DNA of 53,102 bases, the filler included, from Sphacelaria rigidula (taxonomy: Eukaryota): assembly GCA_964200075.2 (NCBI GenBank). It is 3 parts of 3 records of this genome, joined end to end, with 100 filler letters (N's around TTAATTAATTAA, not from the genome) between each part and the next. Parts side by side here need not be neighbours in the genome. Positions count along the whole stretch, not along the records: positions 1 to 17,640 come from CAXNAA020001024.1; positions 17,741 to 35,379 come from CAXNAA020001025.1; 1 more part is not named here. One strand, given 5' to 3'. The position numbers were made by a program, and so were the translations under genes. The notes under the pieces were generated by a model. The model had not been told where the DNA came from. It worked only from the letters and a program-made list of their open reading frames with translations, and did not search any database. This document shows, in pieces, positions 12,372-21,791 of the stretch; position 1 is the first letter of the stretch; the number at the start of each line of letters is the position of its first letter.

Positions 12372-14184
12372 CAGGGGTCTACACGTTACACGTTCACGTT
12401 CGCGTTACGTTCATCACGTAAAAAAATGTAACGTTCACGTTACGTTACGTATGCCACGTTAAATAAATTCTAGCGTTACGGTAACGTTTCATTTGGAAAT
12501 TTCACGTCACGTTCACGTTTCGCTCATCAGGTAAAAAGCAATTAACGTTACGTTTCGTTACATGTGACGTAATATGAAACGTTTCAATGTCACGTGTAAC
12601 GGCTAATATAACGTTACGTTGACACGTGTAACGTTCGAATGTAACGTTTCATTCTGTGCATGTCGCGGCTCATTCCTAGTCTTTAAGGCGTTATGCAACG
12701 TGTGGTGTGACGCATGAAGTTACCGTGTAGGTGGCGCTGACGGTGACCCGTCGGCTACTTCTCATGTATATAAAATATCTCCTTGCAAAACGCGTCTTCT
12801 GATATATGACCAAGAACCCACTTTCTATATGATCAGAATACGCGTTTTTTTAGTGAAACATTTTCTACAAACAGTTTCCGATAGCCCAAATTTATCAGAA
12901 AATCAGGATTCTCTGATGACTATGGGCTATCGTTTTTTTTCTGAGAACGCGTTTAAAATCGCGCCGCACGCCAACACACCCTGTAGCCCACGACAGCAGC
13001 CATGGTGACTTGGCTGCCATCACCACTGCTGTCACTGGTGCTCGCGGGCAGTCAACGTGTTGCTTCATTGTCCCTCGCATCTGTAGTTTGCACACTCTGT
13101 AGTTTGCACAAACGGTAGTATCGTAGCTCGCAGTTCAGGTCTGTGCATGCTGCCCTGCCCTCTCCTGATCTCATGGGGGTAAAGGCCATCACGCTACTGG
13201 CGAGCGAAGGACAGTAAAGCAACACGTTGACTGCCCGCGAGCACCAGCGACAGCAGTGGTGATGGCAGCCAAGCTATCACTAAAGCCAATACGTACAATA
13301 CAGCAGTGCTGTTGTGTGTACTGTTGTTGTCCGTGCTGTCCTTTCAGTCAAATACTACCGTCCAGTGAAAAAGCACAACCGTCACTTCTACAGTCAGGTA
13401 GTACAGCAAGGTGGTGCTCTTATTGATCATCTTGCGTCATGCAGCCCACCATGTATTGCTCAGGCAATGTATCACAGTAGTACAGAGTCAGTACGGACCG
13501 TATTTTACACCACGACACGAGCAGAGTGCTGCGTCTCTCTCGCGCGCTCCAGAATTTGAAATTATCCCTGCACACCTTAGAGAAAACGATGAAAACTGCG
13601 TTTCCAATTTCGACAGTCCGTCGATCACGTCAGAAGGGCTACTTTGAAAAATTATGTGGAAAATCACGCTGTCGAAAAACGGCTATTCTCACAACGTGTT
13701 TCTTTATAGATGGGAAGTAGCCTTGAATGTGGCCGAGATGATTATGATGCTATGATGCGGTGCTGCGACGATGACTTGGAATGTGAGGTGTAGTGGGGAG
13801 AGTGCGAAATTGCTGCAATGGTACCATACCTTCACCATGGTCATTCTAACTCACTCGTGTTCATTGAAGCACAATCTTCTGGGATTTTAGGATTCATTGC
13901 AAACTTGAAGTTTCACCACTTCATGTGGCGTGTTCATGACGTTTCATGTCACGTGTAACGTAACATGTAACGTTACGTCTAACGTCTAACGTCTAATGCA
14001 CGCGTGACGTGTAATAGACGTTACACGTTACATGAAACGTTTCAAATTACGTGATTTGAACGTTCACGTTACGTTCACGTTACGTTCATCACGCAAAAAA
14101 ACTAACGTTCACGTTACGTTTCGGCCAAAACGTAACGTGAACGTAACGTATAACGCTGTGGCACGTGTAACGTGTAGACCCCTG
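12372..14184. mobile_element. Non-autonomous hAT-type DNA transposon (1813 bp)
   Basis: Perfect 22-bp TIR CAGGGGTCTACACGTTACACGT (12372-12393 / 14163-14184). 8-bp TSD GCAATAAA / GCAATAAC. ACGTT-rich subterminal arrays. No transposase ORF. Confidence 0.9.
13009..13273. repeat. 70-bp inverted repeat inside the hAT element (arms 13009-13078, 13204-13273)
   Basis: Arms are reverse-complementary with 4 transition mismatches. The loop carries a duplicated ctgtagtttgcaca. Confidence 0.95.
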
Positions 14185-14393
14185 GCAATAACGGCGCACG
14201 GCGAGTAGTAGTTTCGGCGCGCTCCGGTGAAGAACATCTGCGTCGAACGGTGTTGTGCGTCTTCTGGTGGCATAAATCGCATCTACACCAAGCGTCTTTT
14301 TCGTGCAGACTTTGACGGCAGGTCATGCTATCAAATCCGAGCGTATGCCCCCGGCTCCTGCAGTGTTGCTGCTATTACTACATACAGTATTGT

Positions 14394-14424
<31 letters not shown>

Positions 14425-14609
14425 CTCATCAGGAAACAAAGAGCGGAGCCTTGAGCTGTAATCCCTGCCCGATCTTCAACAGTACAGAATATACCACAAC
14501 TGCTTGTTTTCTCTTTCTCTCTCTTGTCTTTGTTTACTCTGTTGATCTGCTTTACCTCTCCTTTTTTTTTGGCTCTCTCCTTTTCTTGAACGAGTGTTTC
14601 ACTTTTGTT

Positions 14610-14716
14610 TTGTCCCGGTTACGCCTATCATGTGGATAGTGATCCAGGTGGATCCCTGAGGGGTCGGTTGAAGTGCGACAGTCAATCGGTCAGTTGATCA
14701 ATCAATCAATCAATCA
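14610..14716 (+). mobile_element. Retroposon-like 3' end with (ATCA)n tail; further copies at 34548-34630(-) and 36845-36915(-)
   Basis: Shared core ggatccctg(a/g)ggggtc(g/a)gttgaagtgcgaca followed by a microsatellite tail in all three copies. Confidence 0.65.
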
Positions 14717-15128
14717 GTCACTCGTATTCCAGCAGGACCGTCGCCTCTCTGACCCCACCGTGATAATGCCTTTTGATATCGCAACTTGACCGCAACGCCC
14801 GCACCCAGCACTATCAGCAACAAGAACGACGAGGGAGTAGGTTTGGCGGCTGCAGGCCCCAATCCTACGCCGGAGAGAAGCACGCCGAAAGGCCACGTCG
14901 GTGGGTCCGGTCGAAAACAGTTTTGTTGTTGGGTATCATATACGAAGTATAATAGGAGCATAGTCGACCATAGCTTCCACGCTTCGAGCACAAATCGAGC
15001 ACCTCTTTTTTTCCGAGGATGCAAAAATAATTGAAGCACAATTCCACTTTGCAACCAGTACTTTGGGTGAGATTACTAGCATAAAAAAATCACGACCTAG
15101 CTAGCATGGTCGGTAAGAGCCTTGCGCG

Positions 15129-15545
15129 GTCCGATATGCGGTGAGAGGCTCCCGATGGGCATGTGGAAATTGTATTGCTCCGGCGGTGCCACAAAGGCGC
15201 GCGGATTCCACCGCCGAGATGGTCATCACCGACGCAGTACGCCCTAATACACGCTCGTAACGGCTGCGCAGTCATAAGCCCTCACGTTGACATCAGAACG
15301 GGTAGAGTGAGGATGTCCTCTAGCGTCAGTCCGCCCTACAGCACGAGAAGAGGGGGGGCTAGGGGAGCGTACAAGGACTGATGTCAACGTAAGGTCTTAT
15401 GCCTGCGCAGCCGTTACGAGCGAACGCTAGGGCATACTGCGTCGGTGATGACAATCTCGGAGGTGGAATCCGTGTGCCCTTGTGGCGCCGCCGGAGCAAT
15501 GAACTTTCCACATGTCCATCGGGCGCCTCTCACCACATATCGGAC
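15129..15545. repeat. 168-bp ungapped inverted repeat (arms 15129-15296 and 15378-15545, 81-nt spacer) overlapping the gene start
   Basis: Arms are reverse complements with ~21 mismatches (hand count). ORFs 15090-15275(-) and 15399(+) begin with near-identical peptides. Confidence 0.95.
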
Positions 15546-16679
15546 GGTTTGTTCGACTTAGCTCACAGCCTTTTGACGAGCTTTTCCGTCGCCTCTTACC
15601 ATCTCTCGGTGGGGTTGTCCATCGCCGCTTTCCACCTGTTGGCAGGCTGGTCTGTTGGAGCTCGCCGCCTGGGCTTTTGCCTGGGCTGTTCCAGTGCGAA
15701 CTACATCCTTTCGGGAGGCTCGTCCGTCGCCTCCTACCATATCTCGGTGGGGTTGTCTGTCGCCGCTTTTCACCTGTTGGTGGGCTGGTGTGCCGTAGCT
15801 CGCTGCATTTCGGCGGGTATTTCCGCCGCGACGGACCATTTTTCGGCGGGAACGTACTACATGACGATGAGCATCTTCATCGTCAGCCACCACGTGTCGC
15901 GCTGCTTCAACAAGGCAGCTCGCTGCCTTTCGGTGGGCTTCATCGCCGCGCACGACATGTCGGACATCTTCCACCACACAGCTCGCCGTCTTCTGGCGAA
16001 CGTTTCTGCGGCCGCGCACCACGCCTTGGCCGCCGTGTTCGGTGCATCTCTCTGCCTTTCGGTGGACTTTTTCATCGCGGGGTACCTGATATCGGCCTAC
16101 TTATGCGATGCAGCTCGCCGCCGTTCGGCGAAATTTTCTGTCGCCGCGCAACACGTCTTGGACGCCGTGTTCGCTGCATCTCGCCGCCTTTCCGCGGACT
16201 CCTTCATCGCCGCGTGCTATGTGTTTGACGCCGCGTCCAGTGCAGCTCGCCGCCTTTCCGCGAGCCTTTTCATTGCGGCGTGCCACATGGCGGGCGGCCT
16301 GTTCGATGCGGCTCGCAAACTGTGGACGCGGTCGTGTATCGCGGGCTGCCACCTTTCGGCGCGCTCGTGCGCCGCAGCTCGCCACCTGTTGGCCGGAATT
16401 TGGAGCGTACCTCTCAACATGCGCTTGGCCTATGATGCGCTGAGTGGCGTAAGGGAGGTGAGGGCGGCCAGGTGGAAAGACCTGGTAGACAAGATCGCGG
16501 CACCAGGTTTCGTCCGCCGTCCATCCGGCCTCGGGCAGAGGTATCGGGAAATAATCGCAGACATGGATTCTATTTCGATCCCGGCGATGTGGTTCAAAAC
16601 CACGACAGGCGTCCGCGACAGCGTGGCGCTCATGTGCAAGTTCGTCGCGTCGGAGAGTTGTGGGATGGGATATCGCCAG
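15399..16679 (+). CDS. Exon 1 of an 11-mer-repeat + TBC (Rab-GAP)-like protein
   Basis: 443-aa GC-rich ORF with ATG at 15399 and donor CAG|GTGTGT after 16679 (phase 0). The N-terminal part has ~27 11-aa repeats (e.g. AARRLSASLFI). The C-terminal part resembles TBC motifs: VPLNMR..LSG, EIIADMDS, GMGYRQ. Confidence 0.7.
15525..16406 (+). repeat. Coding 33-bp (11-aa) degenerate tandem repeat, ~27 units
   Basis: Recurrent gcagctcgccgcctttc / atcgccgcg motifs at 33/66-nt spacing, with 11-aa periodicity in the protein. Confidence 0.85.
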
Positions 16680-16960
16680 GTGTGTGTATGCTTTGCTGAC
16701 TCTGCTGCTGCTCGTCGCGGGCTGAGTTAGCTCGTTACTACGGGGCAGTAGTTGCTGACATGAGTATGGCTATGAACAACCCGCTGTAGTCGCTCTGTGC
16801 ATTTGTGATAGGACAGAATGTGAAAATGCTGAATCTGACACTCACTCTCGAGGCAAGCAGCAAGTTCCGATACCGTAGTCGAATTCAGACCCCGCCGCAT
16901 GATGCCGCGCGCCCAAACATGTTTCTCTCCGCTCCTGACAACATGCTGTTTGCTTCGCAG

Positions 16961-17095
16961 GGGTTCGGCAGCTTGTGCGCAACCATTTTTATTGCCCTGG
17001 GCTACAACGTGTCCACGACGCTTGCCGTATACCGCAAGTGGGCCATGGTGACGTCCCGATATTTTTCGGCAGACTACTGCGCCTCCCGCAGAGCG
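16961..17095 (+). CDS. Exon 2, TBC-like domain continuation (GFGSLCATIFIALGYN...YFSADYCASRRA)
   Basis: Acceptor tttgcttcgcag|GGG, donor GCG|gtgagt, 135 nt, phase 0-0. Splicing to exon 1 gives GYRQ|GFGSLCATIFIAL, matching the TBC GYxQG + hydrophobic helix pattern. Confidence 0.7.
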
Positions 17096-17640
17096 GTGAG
17101 TACAAAGCCTACAATCTGCACTTCGATGACTGCAACCATTAGCACCAGTCGAGCATCGTTTCGAAGTGATTTGAATGGCTGCAGCACCCGACGCGCACGC
17201 TCAGGCTGTGGGATTCCACTCGGTTCGCGGCTCAGGATTTGTGTCATACCTGAGCGGATGTTGCTGGGCGTCGTATATGATAAATAAAATACATACTACT
17301 CCGAACTACGATTGTCTTGGCATTTGTTTGTTTCACTCCGGCCCAACCAACTCTGGGGAGGGGGAGGGAGAGAGGACTTTCCTGTTGTGTTTGTTGGCGT
17401 CTCTCTTTCATTGATTCATGTTTCCGTTTGATTTGTTGTTGGAATCTCAGAAAAAGACGCTCAGAACAGCGCATCCATGTCATGTCAGGAAGAATCTGTG
17501 CCACGGGTTCGAGAGGTCGGCTTAATGTGCGGAAATAGTAATCACAATTCATTTGTTGTTATCCCGAGAGTGCCCAAAAAATATGACCGAGACTGTCATG
17601 GTGGGATAAATAAATTGTGTTCCTGGGGGGAAACCATGGG

Positions 17641-17740
17641 NNNNNNNNNNNNNNNNNNNNNNNNNNNNNNNNNNNNNNNNNNNNTTAATTAATTAANNNN
17701 NNNNNNNNNNNNNNNNNNNNNNNNNNNNNNNNNNNNNNNN
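17641..17740. other. Assembly gap with six-frame-stop linker
   Basis: N-run, TTAATTAATTAA, N-run; 100 nt in total. Confidence 0.98.
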
Positions 17741-18547
17741 ATGTCAGGGAAAGCACGGCTTTTGAGTTGAACCTCATTTTTTTTTTCAACCCCATTTTCG
17801 AAAATCGGCTGTTAGGTGTAACTCGCTGCCAGCACCGTGCGACCGTACCGTGAAACCATGATACTATTCGTACTATTCTGTATGTACTGTACTGCAAGGT
17901 GGGAGGTCGTCCTAATATGTCCTGCCCCCAGAACATCTTTCACAGAAATCATTGCTGTTTTGAGTGTTTTGAGTCACTTGTGGCCCCTCATGTCAAACAT
18001 GCACACCACCTCGATTTCATGGTTGAAAAGCGTGTCAAGATATGCGTACCTACATGCGTGGTGATGCAATCGTCAGCTGATGATATTGTTCTCGCCTTTC
18101 CTCCATGAGGACGACGACTTGCATGCGTGGTGATCCAGTCGTGAACGCCTTCGGATGTTCGCGTGAAGCAGATTGAGTGAGAGCGGATAGGCAGTCAAGA
18201 TTCGCAGGATTAGTTCTGCGGAAATTACTCGAATCATGTGTCGAGGGTTGTAAACTGCAGGGTATCCTGAAGTGTAGTTTATGGTATTGTATTCATCACA
18301 CCGTAATTACATGGCGTGTAGTGCTGTACTCTAGTACTCTTGTGTTGTGTGGACGATGCGTATGGCAAGCACACCTACAGTAATCTAGCTTCGCCGTCTG
18401 CCCTCGGTCCCATCCCATCTTGTTTTGCCGAAAGCCTCGACTGTGCAAAACGATTGGCCTCTCACCGAAGAATCACATAAATGAATGTACCGTGCTGTTG
18501 GTGCTGTCCTCCCAACCCCCCTCCCCTCCTACGGCGCAAAACATCAG

Positions 18548-18682
18548 ATGGATGCGCTGGACCTGGGGCGCCATGGGTTTGGTAAGAGCAGCGTTGCCGT
18601 GCGGGGCAAGTCTCGCGTGGAGAGGAGATGCATCGTTGTGGAGGACCACGATATCCCAAGCGCTTGCATTGGGACATGCGAG
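18548..18682 (+). CDS. Internal exon (MDALDLGRHG...IPSACIGTCE)
   Basis: Acceptor aacatcag|, donor GAG|gtactt, 135 nt, GC3-rich codons, phase 0-0. It lies after an assembly gap, so linkage to exons 1-2 is inferred. Confidence 0.55.
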
Positions 18683-19193
18683 GTACTTACGCCAAGCGAC
18701 GTACGTTAGTGTTGACAAGATTGTTGCTTCAAATCTCGTTTTTTTCATGTTCGTATCCGTTGCTTGTTGGTGGAACAAAGATGATCCGTTGTTCATGGGT
18801 GCTCTGATAGTGTAAGCAAAGGATGTCGACTGTGGGTACTATCCTGTGTCATTACCATCACTGCTTCTTGCGAGGTTCATTGTATGTCATTATTTGAGGA
18901 TTGTTAGTCAACGTTCCGGTAACGTTTTCGCTCTTGTCTCATGCGTCGTGGTGAACATCACACACAGCACAGTGACAAGCCAGGAGGAAACAACGGTCAA
19001 AGTTTACGCGATGCTCAATACTGCGGTAGCTTAACCATCTCGTGCTTTGCTTGATTTTTTCTTTGTGTGTGTGAACAGTTCGTTTATGTGTCATCAACAT
19101 CGATTTCTGTTTCATCCCATCCTTTTAACGGGATATTTTACGTTGCTCATGTGTGTGTGTGTGTGCGCGCGCGTTTTTGGTTTGGGACAACAG

Positions 19194-19250
19194 GCCCTCC
19201 GCAAGAAGCTAGGTGTCTCCATCGACGTGGAGAGGGACGACAAGCTGACG
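19194..19250 (+). CDS. Internal exon (ALRKKLGVSIDVERDDKLT)
   Basis: Acceptor acaacag|, donor ACG|gtattg. An alternative donor at 19282 leads to a stop in the next exon. Phase-consistent with both neighbours. Confidence 0.5.
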
Positions 19251-19563
19251 GTATTGAGACCGAAACTCTACCCGCCGCCTAGGTGTGTACGCACGTCTGC
19301 TGGAGTCCTTGCGCGTATGCGCACGCGTGTTAACATTTTTTTGTTCTGCCACTCCGTACATATGTTTGCAGCAGCGGCAGGGGGGCGGGTGAAACCACGA
19401 TGAAGGTGCAGCACTCGTTGTGTTTTGTGACGTTCAAAACTCCGCTGTGCTCATGCCGTCACAGGGGACTGCACCGAAGAAGGCCATGTGCTTGGGTGTG
19501 TCTCGCGAACCCCCCTCATCCCTCCCTTGGCTTTTTTTTTTTTTTTCATTTTCACCACACAAG

Positions 19564-19627
19564 ATTGTGATGAAGACCCCAAAGCGCACCCTCACCCGGA
19601 ATCTGTGTCACAAAGACATGCACAAGG
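19564..19627 (+). CDS. Internal exon (IVMKTPKRTLTRNLCHKDMHK)
   Basis: Long poly-T tract then cacaag|, donor G|gtatgt, phase 0-1. Confidence 0.5.
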
Positions 19628-20420
19628 GTATGTTTATGGTGGAGTATGCCATCTGTAGCCGTCAGCAAGCCAGAAGTGTATGTCGGACTAATAATAGCAT
19701 TTTCACTTGATGCCGTGTGCACCCTACGAATGAACACGCGTGTCACAAGCCCCTCGAGGTGGGCGTATCGACTGTGCTGTGTGACGCTCTTTTTCAGGAT
19801 GGTGGTTAGACACGAGAGTACTGTAGTAGCACAAACCACGGTTTGAATCACGGTATCGCGGGGGAGAGGAGGGGTTGGTGAGTCACGGTAGAGTTTGTGC
19901 GAGAACATGGCGGATTTGTGTGGAGAAATGCCACAAACCTCGTGCCACAAACCTCGTACACTTGGACTATATTTCTTGCTGTTTTCGTGCCCAACAAACA
20001 AGAAACATTGATTCCCAGTGTGTGTGATGACTTCAATGTTGAGATGCGCAACCAAGCTGTTTCGGTCATCCAACACAGAAACATACACACAGGAACATGA
20101 GCGAGGCTAGCGAAAAATGTGACGACTGAAAACGCTCACCGGCCACTTGCTCTGCAGTGCTGTTGGTATACTGTAGCCGCAGCGCTCGTCTACTTCTCCC
20201 CTCGAGCACGCGGGTGCAGCAGATGGTGTATTGCTATATATATAACTGTCTGCTTTTGTACTGTACTTGATACCACTACCTTTATAATTATACAAGATTC
20301 CGTAGTACGAATCTTGTACTGTCGCATGCTCAACCCGTGCCTGTCCGCCGGCGTCCGATCATGCTCCTATCGGCGCTGCGTTGTTGTCCTGCAGGTGTTT
20401 CCTTGTCCCCCGTTGACAAG

Positions 20421-20500
20421 ATCAAAGAAAGACCTTCCTTCACGACAACGTCTTGACACCCCTCAGTTCTGATATTATAGTCGATATGTCGAGCATTTGT
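20421..20500 (+). CDS. Probable internal exon (DQRKTFLHDNVLTPLSSDIIVDMSSIC)
   Basis: Pyrimidine tract + gacaag|; the phase-1 start fits the previous exon. Donor TGT|gtaggc is uncertain. Confidence 0.35.
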
Positions 20501-20674
20501 GTAGGCCAAAGCAGGCGAAAACACCCCGTATACTCCGCTCGTCTCACGCACGACCTGTGATCCCCTCTGTCCCGTGTCCATGGCACATGTGTTTTTTGAA
20601 CGGACACACAATTGTGTCGGTTCGGAAAAAGCAGCCCGGCCAAGGACCAGCCCATTTCGAGACCACCTCGCCAG

Positions 20675-20881
20675 GACACTCTCTCGCGCCACGACCTTCC
20701 TCTCTCTCAAGGTGAACACCTCTTCAGCAGCTTTGGGACTGAGGCCTCCTGCGCCTGGGTTACCGAAGAAGGGTGCTTCAGGGCCGCCGAAGGGTACGCC
20801 CCCAACGGTGAGGCAGAAGCGGTGTGGGAGGTCGGGGGAAGGGAGGACGACGCTGAAGCCGCCAAGTCGTGCAGGACGGAG
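20675..20881 (+). CDS. Exon encoding first half of a bulb-type lectin-like domain (DTLSRHDLPLSQGEHLFSS...VWEVG...RTE)
   Basis: Donor GAG|gtgagg is clear; the acceptor is ambiguous (20635, 20675 or 20712). Pattern resembles B-lectin 'dtL..g..L..Gq.L.S...vW'. Confidence 0.5.
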
Positions 20882-20911
20882 GTGAGGACGGAGTTTACCT
20901 GCAGCAGTGCT

Positions 20912-20945
<34 letters not shown>

Positions 20946-21512
20946 TGTGTATTGCTTGACGTCCAGTGTGTGGTCGTTGATCGACTGGTGGCGTTTTGGG
21001 GGATGCTTGGCTATACACAACCGCTTGGGTATGTACATAATGGGGCTATTTATTGGCACGTGCTGGCTTTTTGCGATAGTTAGGAGAGATCGGGAGCGGG
21101 GAAGGAGGCGGCGAAGGCTGGAGGGGCAGAGTGATGGATTGCAAACAAAAAGCAGTCGGCTGTAGACGTTTAGGTAATACTCGCCCCTGGGAGGGTTCTT
21201 GTACACTATATAGTACTTGCTGGGTGCATGCTCGGGCTTGAGTATTTTGTTCATGTATTTATATATAATATACTCGTATGTGTCCTGTCTTTTGTTACGT
21301 GCGCTGGCGATGTCGGCGGTGTTACAATTCTGTTTTGAGGTAAAATGTCGCTCACGTCTTGTGTGGTACGCAATACTTCATCCATGAGACAGTCAGCGGT
21401 GGGGTACGTGGTTCCGTCGGTTCGAGAAACGCTGTGACGTGATGATGACCTACAGCACCAGCACTCACTTGAACCCGTCCCGCCCTCTTCCGCTCAACCC
21501 CAAAACAAGCAG

Positions 21513-21791
21513 GTAACTGTCCACAGAGGACAGCTGCTGGTAACGGACGTCACGCCGGTCTCGAGCAGAGGCTTGTTTTCCCGCCGACATGACAAGAGGC
21601 GTTCGACGTTTGTGTCGCCACGACCTCAGGGACAGTGGAGGACCCGGTTCGCGTGGTTTTCTAGGGAGGGCCGAGCGATCAGGGATGCGCGGTTTCGGGT
21701 CAAGCCTGATGGAAGTGCCATGGTTGAGACGTCCAAGGGAAAAGTGCTGTGGAAACTCGATATTCTTGAGACACCGATTGAAGAAGACTGA
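21513..21791 (+). CDS. Terminal exon, bulb-type lectin-like C-terminus (VTVHRGQLLVTD...FRVKPDGSAMVETSKGKVLWKLD...*)
   Basis: Acceptor aacaagcag|, phase 0, in frame with ORF 21573-21791, stop TGA, then a T-rich 3' region. Confidence 0.6.
   Translation, partial: VTVHRGQLLVTDVTPVSSRGLFSRRHDKRRSTFVSPRPQGQWRTRFAWFSREGRAIRDARFRVKPDGSAMVETSKGKVLWKLDILETPIEED

Noticed and set aside
15512-16443. Overlapping alternative-frame and antisense ORFs (238, 154, 111 aa etc.), some LEA-like
   Set aside because: These are shadows of the GC-rich 33-bp repeat. Only the 443-aa frame is continuous and splices into the TBC motif.
17685-17696. TTAATTAATTAA palindrome within N runs (also 35424-35435)
   Set aside because: Artificial scaffolding linker with stops in all six frames.
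18549-18682. Alternative frame WMRWTWGAMGLVRAALP..., superficially like a TBC C-terminus
   Set aside because: Trp-rich off-frame signature, and it hits a stop right after splicing to the next exon.
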